The translations under genes and the position numbers were made by a program. Below are positions 27,586-37,004 of a stretch of DNA of 64,000 nucleotides, one piece after another (position 1 is the first letter of the stretch; each line of letters starts with the position of its first letter). Below the pieces are notes generated by a model. The model was not told the DNA's origin and made no database searches. It saw only the letters and a program-made list of their open reading frames with translations. Source of the DNA: Clostridia bacterium (GTDB lineage Bacteria > Bacillota > Clostridia > Oscillospirales > Acutalibacteraceae); contig JAFSFY010000039.1 of assembly GCA_017434985.1 (NCBI GenBank), positions 36,849 to 100,848 of the forward strand, written 5' to 3'.

Positions 27586-28701
27586 ATGCGTCACAATACG
27601 GTTATGGGTTTGTTGTTTTCCGATATGCACAACGAAGCGGTTCCGGAACTCACCGGCATTCGCGCCATCGGTTCGGTTCCGTTTGGTGGCCGTTACCGTT
27701 TGATCGATTTCCCGCTTTCTAACTTGGTCAACGCCGGTGTTTCCAAGGTCGGCGTGGTCACCAAAAGCAACTATCAATCGTTGATGGACCATTTGGGCTC
27801 CGGCAAAGCGTGGGGATTGTCCCGCAAAAGTGAGGGTCTCTATTTCTTGCCTCCCACGGGCGGCGGCGATGAGCATTACGAAGGGCGCATTACCCCGCTT
27901 TCGGGTATTATGCCGTTCTTGCGCCGTTCCAAAGAGGATTACGTGATCCTGTCGGATTGCCACGTGGTGGGCAACATCAATTATCGCAAACTGCTCGAAT
28001 ATCACATTGAAAAAGAAGCCGATATCACGATGGCATACGTGAAAGGTGTTATCCCGAAAAACCTGCAATCGCCGATGATGTCCATTGCGTATGACGGACG
28101 AGTGAATGACCTGTATATTTCCGATCGCAGTGAACACGAGATTGAAAACTACGGTATCGGCTTGTACGTGATTGGCCGCGAACTGCTCATTCGATTTGTG
28201 GAAACGGCGATGAGCCGTAACCAACTCAGTTTTGAGTGGGATGTTTTGCACCGCCATATCCACGATCGCCGCATTTTCGCCTACCCGGTTCCCGAATATT
28301 TGCAGGTCATTTCATCGCTTGAGAGCTATTTTGAAGCCAACCGTGCGTTGCTTGACAGCGCCGTGCGTGAACAACTCTTCAAACCCAAGCGTAAGATCTA
28401 TACCAAAATTCGTGATACCGAACCGGCGTTGTACGGACTTCATTCCAAGGTTTCCAATTCGTTGATTGCCGACGGCTGTAACATCGAGGGTACGGTTAGC
28501 AATTCCATTGTGTTCCGCAACGTGCGTGTGGCACGCAACGCCGTCATCAAAAACAGCATTGTGATGCAAGGCAGCGTGATTTGCGGCGGAACCGATTTGG
28601 ATTACGTGGTTTTGGATAAGAACGTATGCGTACGTGACGGCCGTTCCCTAAAAGGATGTGCGGACTATCCCATCTCGGTGAAGAAGAACACGATGGTATA
28701 A
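27586..28701 (+). CDS. glgD: Glucose-1-phosphate adenylyltransferase regulatory subunit GlgD
   Basis: GLLFSDMHNE...FGGRYRLIDFPLSNLVNAGVSKVGVVTKSNYQSLMDHLGSGKAWGL is characteristic of Firmicute GlgD. Confidence 0.9.
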   Translation: MRHNTVMGLLFSDMHNEAVPELTGIRAIGSVPFGGRYRLIDFPLSNLVNAGVSKVGVVTKSNYQSLMDHLGSGKAWGLSRKSEGLYFLPPTGGGDEHYEGRITPLSGIMPFLRRSKEDYVILSDCHVVGNINYRKLLEYHIEKEADITMAYVKGVIPKNLQSPMMSIAYDGRVNDLYISDRSEHEIENYGIGLYVIGRELLIRFVETAMSRNQLSFEWDVLHRHIHDRRIFAYPVPEYLQVISSLESYFEANRALLDSAVREQLFKPKRKIYTKIRDTEPALYGLHSKVSNSLIADGCNIEGTVSNSIVFRNVRVARNAVIKNSIVMQGSVICGGTDLDYVVLDKNVCVRDGRSLKGCADYPISVKKNTMV

Positions 28702-28720
28702 CTACCGGAAAGGACGAACA

Positions 28721-30133
28721 ATGAAAGTTTTATATGCTTCCAGTGAAGCGCGCCCGTTTGCCGCCTCGGGCGGCTTGGCGGATGTGGCGGGTTCTCTTCC
28801 CAAAGCGTTGCGCAATCGGTTGGTAGGTTGTCGCGTGGTGTTGCCGCTGTACGAATCGGTGCCCGCGGAACTGCGCGATACGATGACGTTTTTGACCAGT
28901 TTTTCGGTTCCCGTGGCGTGGCGCCGCCAATATTGCGGCGTGTTTGAGGCCAAACATAACGGCGTCATCTACTATTTGCTCGACAATCAATATTACTTCA
29001 AACGTTGCGGTTTGTACGGGCACTACGACGATGCCGAGCGGTTTGCCTTTTTCTCGCGTGCTGTTCTCGAAATGCTCAAATATATTGATTTTAAACCGGA
29101 CGTCATTCACGCAAACGATTGGCAATGCGGGTTGATTCCTGTGTACCATACGTTGTTTTACGCGCCGCAGCCGCCGTATTCCTCCATCCGTACCGTCTAC
29201 ACCATCCACAATATCCAATACCAAGGCAAATATGGGATGGAGATTTTGGAAGACGTGTTCGGCATTTCGCACGAGGATGCGCATTTGCTCGAGCACGACG
29301 GTTGCGTCAACATTATGAAAGGCGCCATCGAAACGGCCGACCGTGTAACAACGGTCAGCCCCACCTACGCAAAAGAGATCTTGGATCCGTGGTTCTCGCA
29401 CGAATTGGATCCCATTTTGCGGATGCGCGAGTGGAAGTTGTCGGGCATTCTCAACGGAATCGACACGATCAGTTACGATCCCGCAACCGACAAGGCTTTG
29501 TATGCCAACTACACGGCGGATGATTTTTCCGCCAAAGCCGTCAACAAGAAAGCGTTGCAGGAGCGGTTGAACCTGCCGCAACGCGCCGACGTGCCGCTCA
29601 TCGGTATGGTCAGCCGTTTGGTGGCGCATAAGGGCTTTGACCTGGTGCAATACATTATGGAACGCTTGTTGCAGGAAGACGTACAGGTGGTCATCTTGGG
29701 TTCGGGCGAATGGGTGTACGAAAGTTTCTTCCGCGAGATGGCCGAACGCTATCCGCAAAAATTCTCGTATTGCTCCGGCTTTGTGCCTGAGTTGGCGCAA
29801 AAGATCTACGCGGCGTCCGATCTGTTCTTGATGCCCTCCAAGAGTGAACCGTGCGGGTTGTCACAGATGGTTGCTTGCCGCTACGGTGCGGTGCCCATCG
29901 TGCGCGAAACGGGTGGCCTCAAAGACTCCATCCACGATTGCGGCGACGGTGCCGGCAACGGTTTTACCTTCCAATCGTACAATGCCGACGATATGTACGG
30001 CGCCATTTTGCGCGGTTTGGGTGCGTATCACAACAAAGAACACTGGCCGCTTTTGGTGGAACGCGCCATGCGCAGTGATTTCAGTTGGGGTCGCTCCGCC
30101 AACGAATATATTCGTTTGTACAAATCTTTATAA
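28721..30133 (+). CDS. glgA: Glycogen synthase (ADP-glucose type, GT5)
   Basis: MKVLYASSEARPFAASGGLADVAGSLPKAL, the KTGGL-like motif. Confidence 0.92.
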   Translation: MKVLYASSEARPFAASGGLADVAGSLPKALRNRLVGCRVVLPLYESVPAELRDTMTFLTSFSVPVAWRRQYCGVFEAKHNGVIYYLLDNQYYFKRCGLYGHYDDAERFAFFSRAVLEMLKYIDFKPDVIHANDWQCGLIPVYHTLFYAPQPPYSSIRTVYTIHNIQYQGKYGMEILEDVFGISHEDAHLLEHDGCVNIMKGAIETADRVTTVSPTYAKEILDPWFSHELDPILRMREWKLSGILNGIDTISYDPATDKALYANYTADDFSAKAVNKKALQERLNLPQRADVPLIGMVSRLVAHKGFDLVQYIMERLLQEDVQVVILGSGEWVYESFFREMAERYPQKFSYCSGFVPELAQKIYAASDLFLMPSKSEPCGLSQMVACRYGAVPIVRETGGLKDSIHDCGDGAGNGFTFQSYNADDMYGAILRGLGAYHNKEHWPLLVERAMRSDFSWGRSANEYIRLYKSL

Positions 30134-30143
30134 TTCAACGGTA

Positions 30144-30176
30144 AAAACCCGATGCGTGAGCATCGGGTTTTTGTTG
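30144..30176 (+). terminator. Intrinsic terminator after glgA
   Basis: aaaacccgatgc-gtga-gcatcgggtttt followed by TTGTTG. Confidence 0.6.
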
Positions 30177-30236
30177 CAAAAGAGTTGAAAATTTTGTCGG
30201 GAATGGTATAATGAGACGTGAGTGAGGTGAAAGGTT

Positions 30237-31310
30237 TTGGAACTTGAAAAAAACGTCAGTATCATTATTCCATCTCTCAGCCCCGACCAAAAATTGATTG
30301 CCTTACTGGAAGACCTGCGTGAAGCGGGTTTTGACCGCATTGTTCTCGTGAATGACGGCAGTACGGCGGAATACGATTCCTATTTCGCGATTGCCAAGGA
30401 ACAGTTCGGTTGCACGGTGCTCACCCACGCCGTCAATCAAGGCAAAGGCCGCGCCATAAAAACGGCGTTCAACTATTTGTTGTCCGAATGCCCCGATTGT
30501 GAAGTGGCGGTGGCGGTGGATTCCGATGGACAACACCGCATCCACGACATTCGCCGTGTGGCGGCCGAAACGTTGGCAAACCCGCAGACGCTCGTGATGG
30601 GATGCCGCGATTTCTCTTCCAAAAATGCCGATATTCCGCTTCGCAGTCGCTTCGGCAACGTGACTACCAGTCGCGTGCTTCGGTTGTTCTGCGGCATCAC
30701 CTTGTCGGATACGCAAACGGGTCTGCGCGGTTTCTCGCGCGACACGATGCGGTTGTTTTTGAAAACAAAGGGCGAGCGATTTGAATACGAAATGAATATG
30801 ATTTTGGACGCGCGCGAAAACGGTGTTGACCTGCGCGAAGTGCCGATCGACACGGTGTACATTGAAGAAAACCGCACGTCGCACTTTAATCCGCTTAAGG
30901 ACTCGTTGCGCATCTATGCGGTGTTTTCCAAGTTCATTTTGGCATCGCTCTCGTCGTTTGTGGTGGACATTGGGTTGTATGCGCTGTTTGTGTTTTTGAT
31001 CGGCTCGTGGTTGCCTGCGTTTGCCAAAACGCAGATCATTGTCATCGCTTCGGTCGCGGCGCGCATTTTGTCGGCACTGTTCAATTATTTGGTCAACAAA
31101 AATCAAGTGTTTCACAATCACGATAAGCACGGCAAAAGTCTGTGGAGATACGCCGTTCTCGCGCTCGTACAGATGGCGTGTTCTGCATGGGGTACGGCGC
31201 AACTTTACAGCTTGCTCAAATGGAATTCCGCTTTCCTTAAATTGGTGGTGGATTGTGTGCTGTTCGTCATCAGCTTTCGTTTGCAGCGCGGTTGGGTGTT
31301 TCGCAAATGA
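30237..31310 (+). CDS. Family-2 glycosyltransferase fused to a GtrA-like membrane domain (polyprenol-phosphate sugar transferase, YkoT/CsbB-like)
   Basis: VSIIIPSLSPDQ...LVNDGSTAEYD...AVDSDGQH (DXD). C-terminal 4-TM GtrA-like region. TTG start after GTGAGGTGA. Confidence 0.8.
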   Translation: MELEKNVSIIIPSLSPDQKLIALLEDLREAGFDRIVLVNDGSTAEYDSYFAIAKEQFGCTVLTHAVNQGKGRAIKTAFNYLLSECPDCEVAVAVDSDGQHRIHDIRRVAAETLANPQTLVMGCRDFSSKNADIPLRSRFGNVTTSRVLRLFCGITLSDTQTGLRGFSRDTMRLFLKTKGERFEYEMNMILDARENGVDLREVPIDTVYIEENRTSHFNPLKDSLRIYAVFSKFILASLSSFVVDIGLYALFVFLIGSWLPAFAKTQIIVIASVAARILSALFNYLVNKNQVFHNHDKHGKSLWRYAVLALVQMACSAWGTAQLYSLLKWNSAFLKLVVDCVLFVISFRLQRGWVFRK

Positions 31311-31319
31311 AAAACGCGA

Positions 31320-31976
31320 TCAGCTTTTCGCTAATCGCGTCTCGGCGTTTTTGATTAAATTGAATAGGGAAGAGGCAAAAAGCGGGTAGGTTTTGGACAA
31401 TGCGTCCGGTGCCAACGGCGGCAGTTTGCCGCCGATTCCTTTGGTTAACTGCGCCATTCGTGCCGCCGCCACACCCATTGAACCGTTGGCGGTGGCCGTA
31501 AACAAGTGTTTCGGCACGGCAAACATGGTCGGCGGATTTTTGGTATCGGCAAAATACAGCTGACGGAACGCGGTGTACACGGCGATATCCAAATAAGCCG
31601 AAATTTCGGTCGTCAGATCCTTGTTATCCACCCGTTGCAACACGTCGAACAAAATGGTGATGGAATTTAAGATGAGTTTTTTGTTGAGAACGGGCAACAC
31701 ACTGCCTTTGCCGTTTTCGGCACTTTCCGAGTCGGGAATGTCGTCCACGGCGATCATCGCACCCGATTTATCGGCGGTGCGCCCGAGCAGGTAGTCGCAC
31801 GATACGTCGTAAAAATCGGCAGCGCGTACCACAAACTCAAGGCCGCATTCGCGAATCCCTTTTTCGTAGTGTGACAGCAACGCTTGCGACACCTTCAGCG
31901 AAATGGCGGCTTCCTTTTGGCTGATGCCGCGTTCCTTGCGCAGTAAGGTCAGCAAACGGGGAAAAGTGGCGTTCAT
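31320..31976 (-). CDS. XRE-family HTH transcriptional regulator with a C-terminal domain of unknown function
   Basis: LLTLLRKERGISQKEAAISLKVSQALLSHYEKGIRECGLEFVVRAADFYDVSCDYLLG is a Cro/C1-type HTH. Confidence 0.7.
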   Translation of the reverse strand: MNATFPRLLTLLRKERGISQKEAAISLKVSQALLSHYEKGIRECGLEFVVRAADFYDVSCDYLLGRTADKSGAMIAVDDIPDSESAENGKGSVLPVLNKKLILNSITILFDVLQRVDNKDLTTEISAYLDIAVYTAFRQLYFADTKNPPTMFAVPKHLFTATANGSMGVAAARMAQLTKGIGGKLPPLAPDALSKTYPLFASSLFNLIKNAETRLAKS

Positions 31977-32076
31977 AACGGGATCTCCTGTTCGTCAAAT
32001 TATACGGTGGGTTTTCAATTATAACGCCGATGATACAATTTGTAAAGTCTAAATTTTTACTTTTTTCGAGGTTTTT

Positions 32077-32697
32077 ATGAAAAGTTATCGCATTCATCTG
32101 ATTCGCCACGGTCTTACCGAGGCAAACGAGAAAGGGTTGTATATCGGGCTTACCGATCTGCCGCTCTCACCGTTGGGCCTTCGCGATCTGTTGGACAAAA
32201 AAGAAAAGGCCGTCTATCCGTATGCCACGCGGTTTTATGTCAGTCCGCTTACCCGTTGCCGCCAAACGCTCGAAGTGTTGTATCCCCAAAACGATGCCAC
32301 GGTGGTGGATGGGTTGGCCGAATGTGATTTCGGCGAATGGGATGGCCGCAGCGTCGAAGAACTGCAACACGACGAGGGATTTTGCCGTTGGATCGCGGGC
32401 GAACAGACCCGTATTCCCGATGGAGAAGATGCCGAGAAATTCCGCGAGCGCGTGAGCGAGACGTTTGAAACGATCGTCGAAGAGGTGATGCGCTCGGGCG
32501 ACAGCGATACGGTCATCTGCACCCACGGCGGTGTGATGATGCTGATTATGGCGATGTATGCGTTGCCTCGTGCGGACATCTCCGCATGGGGAAGCGAAAG
32601 CGGTTGCGGTTTCACCGTTCGTGTGACGCCGTCGCTGTGGATGCGTGAGCCGGTGGTGGAAGCCATCGACTACGTGCCCTTGATTCCTGAACAATAA
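32077..32697 (+). CDS. Histidine phosphatase family protein (phosphoglycerate mutase-like)
   Basis: IHLIRHGLTEANEKGLYIG...DLPLSPLG is the RHG catalytic motif. Confidence 0.85.
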   Translation: MKSYRIHLIRHGLTEANEKGLYIGLTDLPLSPLGLRDLLDKKEKAVYPYATRFYVSPLTRCRQTLEVLYPQNDATVVDGLAECDFGEWDGRSVEELQHDEGFCRWIAGEQTRIPDGEDAEKFRERVSETFETIVEEVMRSGDSDTVICTHGGVMMLIMAMYALPRADISAWGSESGCGFTVRVTPSLWMREPVVEAIDYVPLIPEQ

Positions 32698-32712
32698 GAA
32701 TAAATGATTGTT

Positions 32713-32745
32713 GACCCACAGTGTGTAACTGTGGGTCTTTTTTTG
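32713..32745 (+). terminator. Intrinsic terminator
   Basis: gacccacag-tgtgtaa-ctgtgggtc followed by T7. Confidence 0.65.
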
Positions 32746-32823
32746 AAAAAATCAAATAATCCCTATTGACAATCACTTGACCGTATGATACAATCAACTA
32801 AAGGATTCGAGAGAGGTGAGAAG

Positions 32824-33375
32824 ATGGCCACCAAATTTCCCGGCACCACCATTGAAACGACCGAGTTGGTTCCTGCTGCCTCGCGTCATTTATGGGAGGG
32901 CATTTTTGCCACGGGCGGCATCACGTTGTCACAAGTATCGGTGATGACGGGGCTGGAACCTCACGTGATACAAAATTGGGTCAAACGAGGGTTTGTCTCT
33001 TCGCCGCAAAAGCGGTTATACTCAAAAAACCAATTTGCACGTATTGTCATTATCAATATGTTGCGCGAATCGTTGCAACTTGACCGTATTTGTGCCTTGC
33101 TCGGGTACTTGAACGGCTGTCTTCACGACGAAAGCGACGACGTGATCGGTGATGCTGAATTGTATCATTTGTATACCGACATGATTGCCGTTCACGGGCG
33201 TAATATGGATAGTAAGGCGATCCTTGAGGCGGCCGAAGAAGCAGCCGAACGGTATGCGGAACCCGTTCCGGGAGCCAAACGACGGTTGGTGAAGATCTTG
33301 CAGGTGATGGCAAATGCCCATTTTGCGACACGGTCACGCCATCGTGCAGAAGAGTTGCTTTCTCAGTTGGATTAA
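32824..33375 (+). CDS. DUF1836-family protein (cytoplasmic, unknown function)
   Basis: ATG after GAGAGGTGA. First gene of the apparent operon with NfeD and flotillin. Confidence 0.55.
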   Translation: MATKFPGTTIETTELVPAASRHLWEGIFATGGITLSQVSVMTGLEPHVIQNWVKRGFVSSPQKRLYSKNQFARIVIINMLRESLQLDRICALLGYLNGCLHDESDDVIGDAELYHLYTDMIAVHGRNMDSKAILEAAEEAAERYAEPVPGAKRRLVKILQVMANAHFATRSRHRAEELLSQLD

Positions 33376-33393
33376 TGAATAGGAGGGTGTGTT

Positions 33394-34044
33394 ATGTTTG
33401 CTTGGTGGGAATCGTTGAGTGCCGCGTCGCACGTATTTGCGTGCATTGCCGTTCCGGCAACGCTGGTATTACTGATTCAAACGATTTTGATGTTTGTCGG
33501 CATCGGCGGCGAGGGCGCGGATGCTCCCGATACGCCGGATGTGGAGTTTGACGCGGATGCGGATCTCGATGTGGATATGTCCGACGGCGTGTTTGGCAAC
33601 GAGGTGCTTGAAAGTGATCCCGACCCGATGGGGCTTGACGGTTTGCGCATTTTTACGGTGCGCGGCATCATTGCCTTTTTGGTGGTGTTCGGTTGGGTCG
33701 GTGTGATGTTGGATTCGTCCGGAGCGGCGTTGTGGCTGTCGTTGCCCGTAGCGGCGGTCTGCGGGGTGGCGGTGATGGTGCTGTTGGCGTGGCTTATGCG
33801 TTCGGTTATGAAACTGCGCAGTGACGGCAACCTCGACAATCGCAACGCGCTCGGTGTATCGGGCAAAGTGTATCTCACCGTTCCCGCAAAACGTGCGGGA
33901 GAAGGCAAAGTGAACATTCTGTTGCAGGGCAGTTACGTAGAACGCAACGCCGTTACCGATGAGGCGGAACCCCTGACAACCGGCAGTGAGATCGTGGTGA
34001 TCGGTCTCAGCGGCCAATCCACGCTTGTTGTCAAGCGGAAATAG
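33394..34044 (+). CDS. NfeD-like membrane protein (YuaF/YqiJ-like partner of flotillin)
   Basis: N-terminal TM segments, an acidic segment DAPDTPDVEFDADADLDVD, and a C-terminal OB-like domain GKVYLTVPAKRAGEGKVNILLQGSYVERNAVTDE...GSEIVVIGL. Confidence 0.65.
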   Translation: MFAWWESLSAASHVFACIAVPATLVLLIQTILMFVGIGGEGADAPDTPDVEFDADADLDVDMSDGVFGNEVLESDPDPMGLDGLRIFTVRGIIAFLVVFGWVGVMLDSSGAALWLSLPVAAVCGVAVMVLLAWLMRSVMKLRSDGNLDNRNALGVSGKVYLTVPAKRAGEGKVNILLQGSYVERNAVTDEAEPLTTGSEIVVIGLSGQSTLVVKRK

Positions 34045-34091
34045 CGGAACTGAGGAAGTTCAAATAGACAAATTTAACGGAGGTATGTTGT

Positions 34092-35480
34092 ATGGAAGTT
34101 ATCTTGATTTGTGCCATTGTGTTGGTGGCAATTTCGTTCTTTGCGTGGATCTGTTCGCGCTATAAGAAATGCCCGTCCGACAAAATTATGGTCGTGTACG
34201 GTTCGATCGGTAAAAACAAAGACGGCACCAATCGCAGTGCAAAATGTATCCATGGCGGCGCTGAATTTGTGTTGCCCGTGTTTCAATCCTATGCGTTTTT
34301 GGATCTGACACCCATTTCCATTCAGGTGGACTTGACCAACGCCCTTTCGCGTCAAAACATCCGTATTGACGTTCCGTCCCGTTTTACCGTCGGTATCTCC
34401 ACCGAGCCGGGTGTGATGCAAAACGCGGCCGAGCGTTTGCTGGGACTGCAACTGTCGGAAATTCAGGAATTGTCCAAAGATATTATCTTCGGTCAAATGC
34501 GTTTGATCATTGCGACGATGGATATCGAGGAACTGAATACCGACCGTGATAAGTTTTTGGAAGCGGTCAGCACCAACGTGGAAACCGAACTGAAAAAGAT
34601 CGGTCTGCGCCTCATCAACGTGAACGTGACCGATATCAGCGATGAATCGGGCTATATCGCGGCCCTCGGTAAAGAAGCGGCGGCAAAAGCCATTAATGAT
34701 GCGAAAAAGAGCGTTGCCGAGCAGGAGCGCGACGGTTCGATCGGCGAAGCGAACGCGCATATGGATCAACGTATCAAGGTGGCTGACGCTGATTCGGTGG
34801 CTATCCAAGGTGAAAACGAGGCCAGAATGAAGATCGCGATGTCGGAAGCGGCGCTCAAAGAGCGTGAAGCCGAAGCGATGAAGATCGCGGTCACCGCCGA
34901 AAAGATCCAAGCCGCCAAGGCGTTGGAAGAATCGTATGCGGCCGAACAGGCGGCAGAAGAAGCCCGTCGCGCCAAGGAACAAGCAACCCTCGAAGCGGAT
35001 ATCATCGTCCGTACCGAGGCCAAAAAACGTCAGATGGAACTCGAAGCCGAAGCGGAAGCCGAACAAATTCGCCGCAAAGCCAAGGGTGAAGCGGATGCCA
35101 TCTATGCCAAAATGGAAGCGGAGGCGCGCGGTGCCGAGGAAATTCTTAAAAAGCAAGCAGCCGGTTTTGCTGAGATCGTAAAATCGGCAGGCGGTGACGC
35201 ACAAGCGGCGTTGCAACTGCTCATTGCGGATAAATTGGAAGAATTGATGCGTGTGCAGGTGGATGCAATTAAGAATATCAAGATCGACAAGGTCACCGTA
35301 TGGGACAACGGCCAAGGAGCCGACGGTAAGAGCGCGACGGCGAACTTTTTGTCGGGTATGATGAAATCGGTGCCCCCTCTGCAAGAGGTGTTTGCCATGT
35401 CGGGTATGCAACTGCCCGAAATTTTAGGGAAAAAGATGGAGGATGCGCCCACCGCTGCGGTTGGTGAAGAGCAAGTCTGA
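34092..35480 (+). CDS. floT: Flotillin-like SPFH/band-7 protein (FloT/YuaG-like)
   Basis: N-terminal TM, SPFH domain, and a long EA-repeat coiled coil (AEQAAEEARRAKEQATLEADIIVRTEAKKRQMELEAEAEAEQIRRKAKGEADAIYAKMEAEARGAEE). Confidence 0.85.
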   Translation: MEVILICAIVLVAISFFAWICSRYKKCPSDKIMVVYGSIGKNKDGTNRSAKCIHGGAEFVLPVFQSYAFLDLTPISIQVDLTNALSRQNIRIDVPSRFTVGISTEPGVMQNAAERLLGLQLSEIQELSKDIIFGQMRLIIATMDIEELNTDRDKFLEAVSTNVETELKKIGLRLINVNVTDISDESGYIAALGKEAAAKAINDAKKSVAEQERDGSIGEANAHMDQRIKVADADSVAIQGENEARMKIAMSEAALKEREAEAMKIAVTAEKIQAAKALEESYAAEQAAEEARRAKEQATLEADIIVRTEAKKRQMELEAEAEAEQIRRKAKGEADAIYAKMEAEARGAEEILKKQAAGFAEIVKSAGGDAQAALQLLIADKLEELMRVQVDAIKNIKIDKVTVWDNGQGADGKSATANFLSGMMKSVPPLQEVFAMSGMQLPEILGKKMEDAPTAAVGEEQV

Positions 35481-35507
35481 TCGTACAAGCGGTAAGGAGG
35501 GAGTACT

Positions 35508-36287
35508 ATGAGAGTTTCGGCGGATTATCGCGCGATTGCGCGGGAATCCTTGCAAGGAAAATGGTTGTCGGCCGCGGTGGTGAGGTTCGTTGCTGTTCTT
35601 CTCGGTGCGTCAATCGCTTTGGAGAGTAGCGGATCGGTGGATATCGAAATTCCGTCCACATTGAAGGAAAATGCGGAAGTGTTGCCGTTGCTATACGCCC
35701 TGATTGCTGTTTTGGTCGTGCTGGCATTGGTGCAATTCATTATCGGCGGCGCCGTCACGTTGGGTTATGCGCGGTACAACCTGTCGTTGGTCGATGGGCG
35801 AGAGACGGGAATGAAAACCATCTTCTCTTGTTTTGACCGCTTGTGGTCGGGGTTTTGCTTGCAATTGCTGCGGCGTGTGTTTATTGCCTTGTGGTCACTG
35901 CTGTTTGTCATTCCGGGTATTGTCAAAACATACGCATATGCGATGGCGCCATACATTTTGCTGGAACATCCCGAACTGACCGATTCGGATGCCATCTCTC
36001 TTTCGAAAGAGATAATGGAAGGCAACAAAAGCCGCTTGTTTTGGTTAAACTTGAGTTTTTTCGGTTGGGAGTTGCTCGTTTCGTTGCCCAGTATCATGTT
36101 AAGTTTGGCATTGATAGAGGCGCATGCAACGGTGGATCTTTGGTTGATGGGAATGCTCAGCTTGTGTATGATTCCTGCGTCGATCGGCGGCTGCTTTGTG
36201 GAAGCCTATCGTGAGGCAGCGGTCGCCGCGTTTTACCGCGACGTTTCGAGAACACGTTTCTCCGTGCCGCGCACGGTAAAAGAATAA
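35508..36287 (+). CDS. Polytopic membrane protein (DUF975-like)
   Basis: 259 aa, 5-6 TM. RBS AAGGAGGGAG. Confidence 0.5.
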   Translation: MRVSADYRAIARESLQGKWLSAAVVRFVAVLLGASIALESSGSVDIEIPSTLKENAEVLPLLYALIAVLVVLALVQFIIGGAVTLGYARYNLSLVDGRETGMKTIFSCFDRLWSGFCLQLLRRVFIALWSLLFVIPGIVKTYAYAMAPYILLEHPELTDSDAISLSKEIMEGNKSRLFWLNLSFFGWELLVSLPSIMLSLALIEAHATVDLWLMGMLSLCMIPASIGGCFVEAYREAAVAAFYRDVSRTRFSVPRTVKE

Positions 36288-36289
36288 TA

Positions 36290-36324
36290 AAAACGGCAGT
36301 CGCCATGCGACTGCCGTTTTTTCG
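36290..36324 (+). terminator. Intrinsic terminator
   Basis: aacggcagtcgc-catg-cgactgccgtt followed by T6. Confidence 0.65.
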
Positions 36325-36531
36325 GTATTGTGTTGCCCCGCTCTGCCGTAATGTTTCTCGGGATAACCTGCTACTATCGTTAGCAGGTGGGTGCCCACCG
36401 TGCGGTTTCGCGCTCCCTTCGTCCCACGAGGTGGGGAGGTCTGCAAACCTGCCGCTCGAGCAGGGCTCCCTTCGTCAAAATGTAGTAGGGTTATAGAGAA
36501 ACGGTCCGCGCACAGAGCAGGGGAGAAACCG

Positions 36532-36843
36532 TTATTCTGCCGGCTGTTCCAGCTCTTCGATCTCGTACAGATCTTGGAGACGTTCTTCGAAGATCTCGGC
36601 GATCTCCTCAAACTCGTCGTCATCGTCAATGGTGACCATGATGTCTTCGCCGTCTTCCTCTTTCACGGCAAGGATCACGAGTTCCCCGTCGCCGTCCAGC
36701 AGATCGGCGGGGTTTTCGTAAACGGGAAGAAGGGCCACGTAGCGGCCGTCGTCCGTCTCGATGGCATCCACGATCTCAAATTGATGTTCCGCACCTTCAT
36801 CGTCCACAACCGTGACGATGTCATTTCCAAATTCTTCAGACAT
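36532..36843 (-). CDS. DUF1292-family small acidic protein (YrzB-like)
   Basis: IVTVVDDEGAEHQFEIVDAIETDDGRYVALLPVYENPADLLDGDGELVILAVKEEDGEDIMVTIDDDDEFEEIAEIFEERL is the characteristic DUF1292 pattern. Confidence 0.8.
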   Translation of the reverse strand: MSEEFGNDIVTVVDDEGAEHQFEIVDAIETDDGRYVALLPVYENPADLLDGDGELVILAVKEEDGEDIMVTIDDDDEFEEIAEIFEERLQDLYEIEELEQPAE

Positions 36844-36969
36844 AGCAATTCTCCGTTCTTATTATATCAAGTGGTATCTATTATGATACTCATTTTTCGC
36901 ATTTCCGTCAAGAGGAAACTTTTGTTCAACAAAATAAATAAAAAGTTTCAACTTTTTTTAAAAAAACTA

Positions 36970-36998
36970 TTGACTTTTAATAAAACGTATGCTATATT
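36970..36998 (+). promoter_or_regulatory. Strong sigmaA-type promoter TTGACT-N17-TATATT
   Basis: Seen directly. Drives the noncoding leader upstream of the TauE/SafE genes. Confidence 0.55.
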
Positions 36999-37004
36999 GT
37001 AGAT

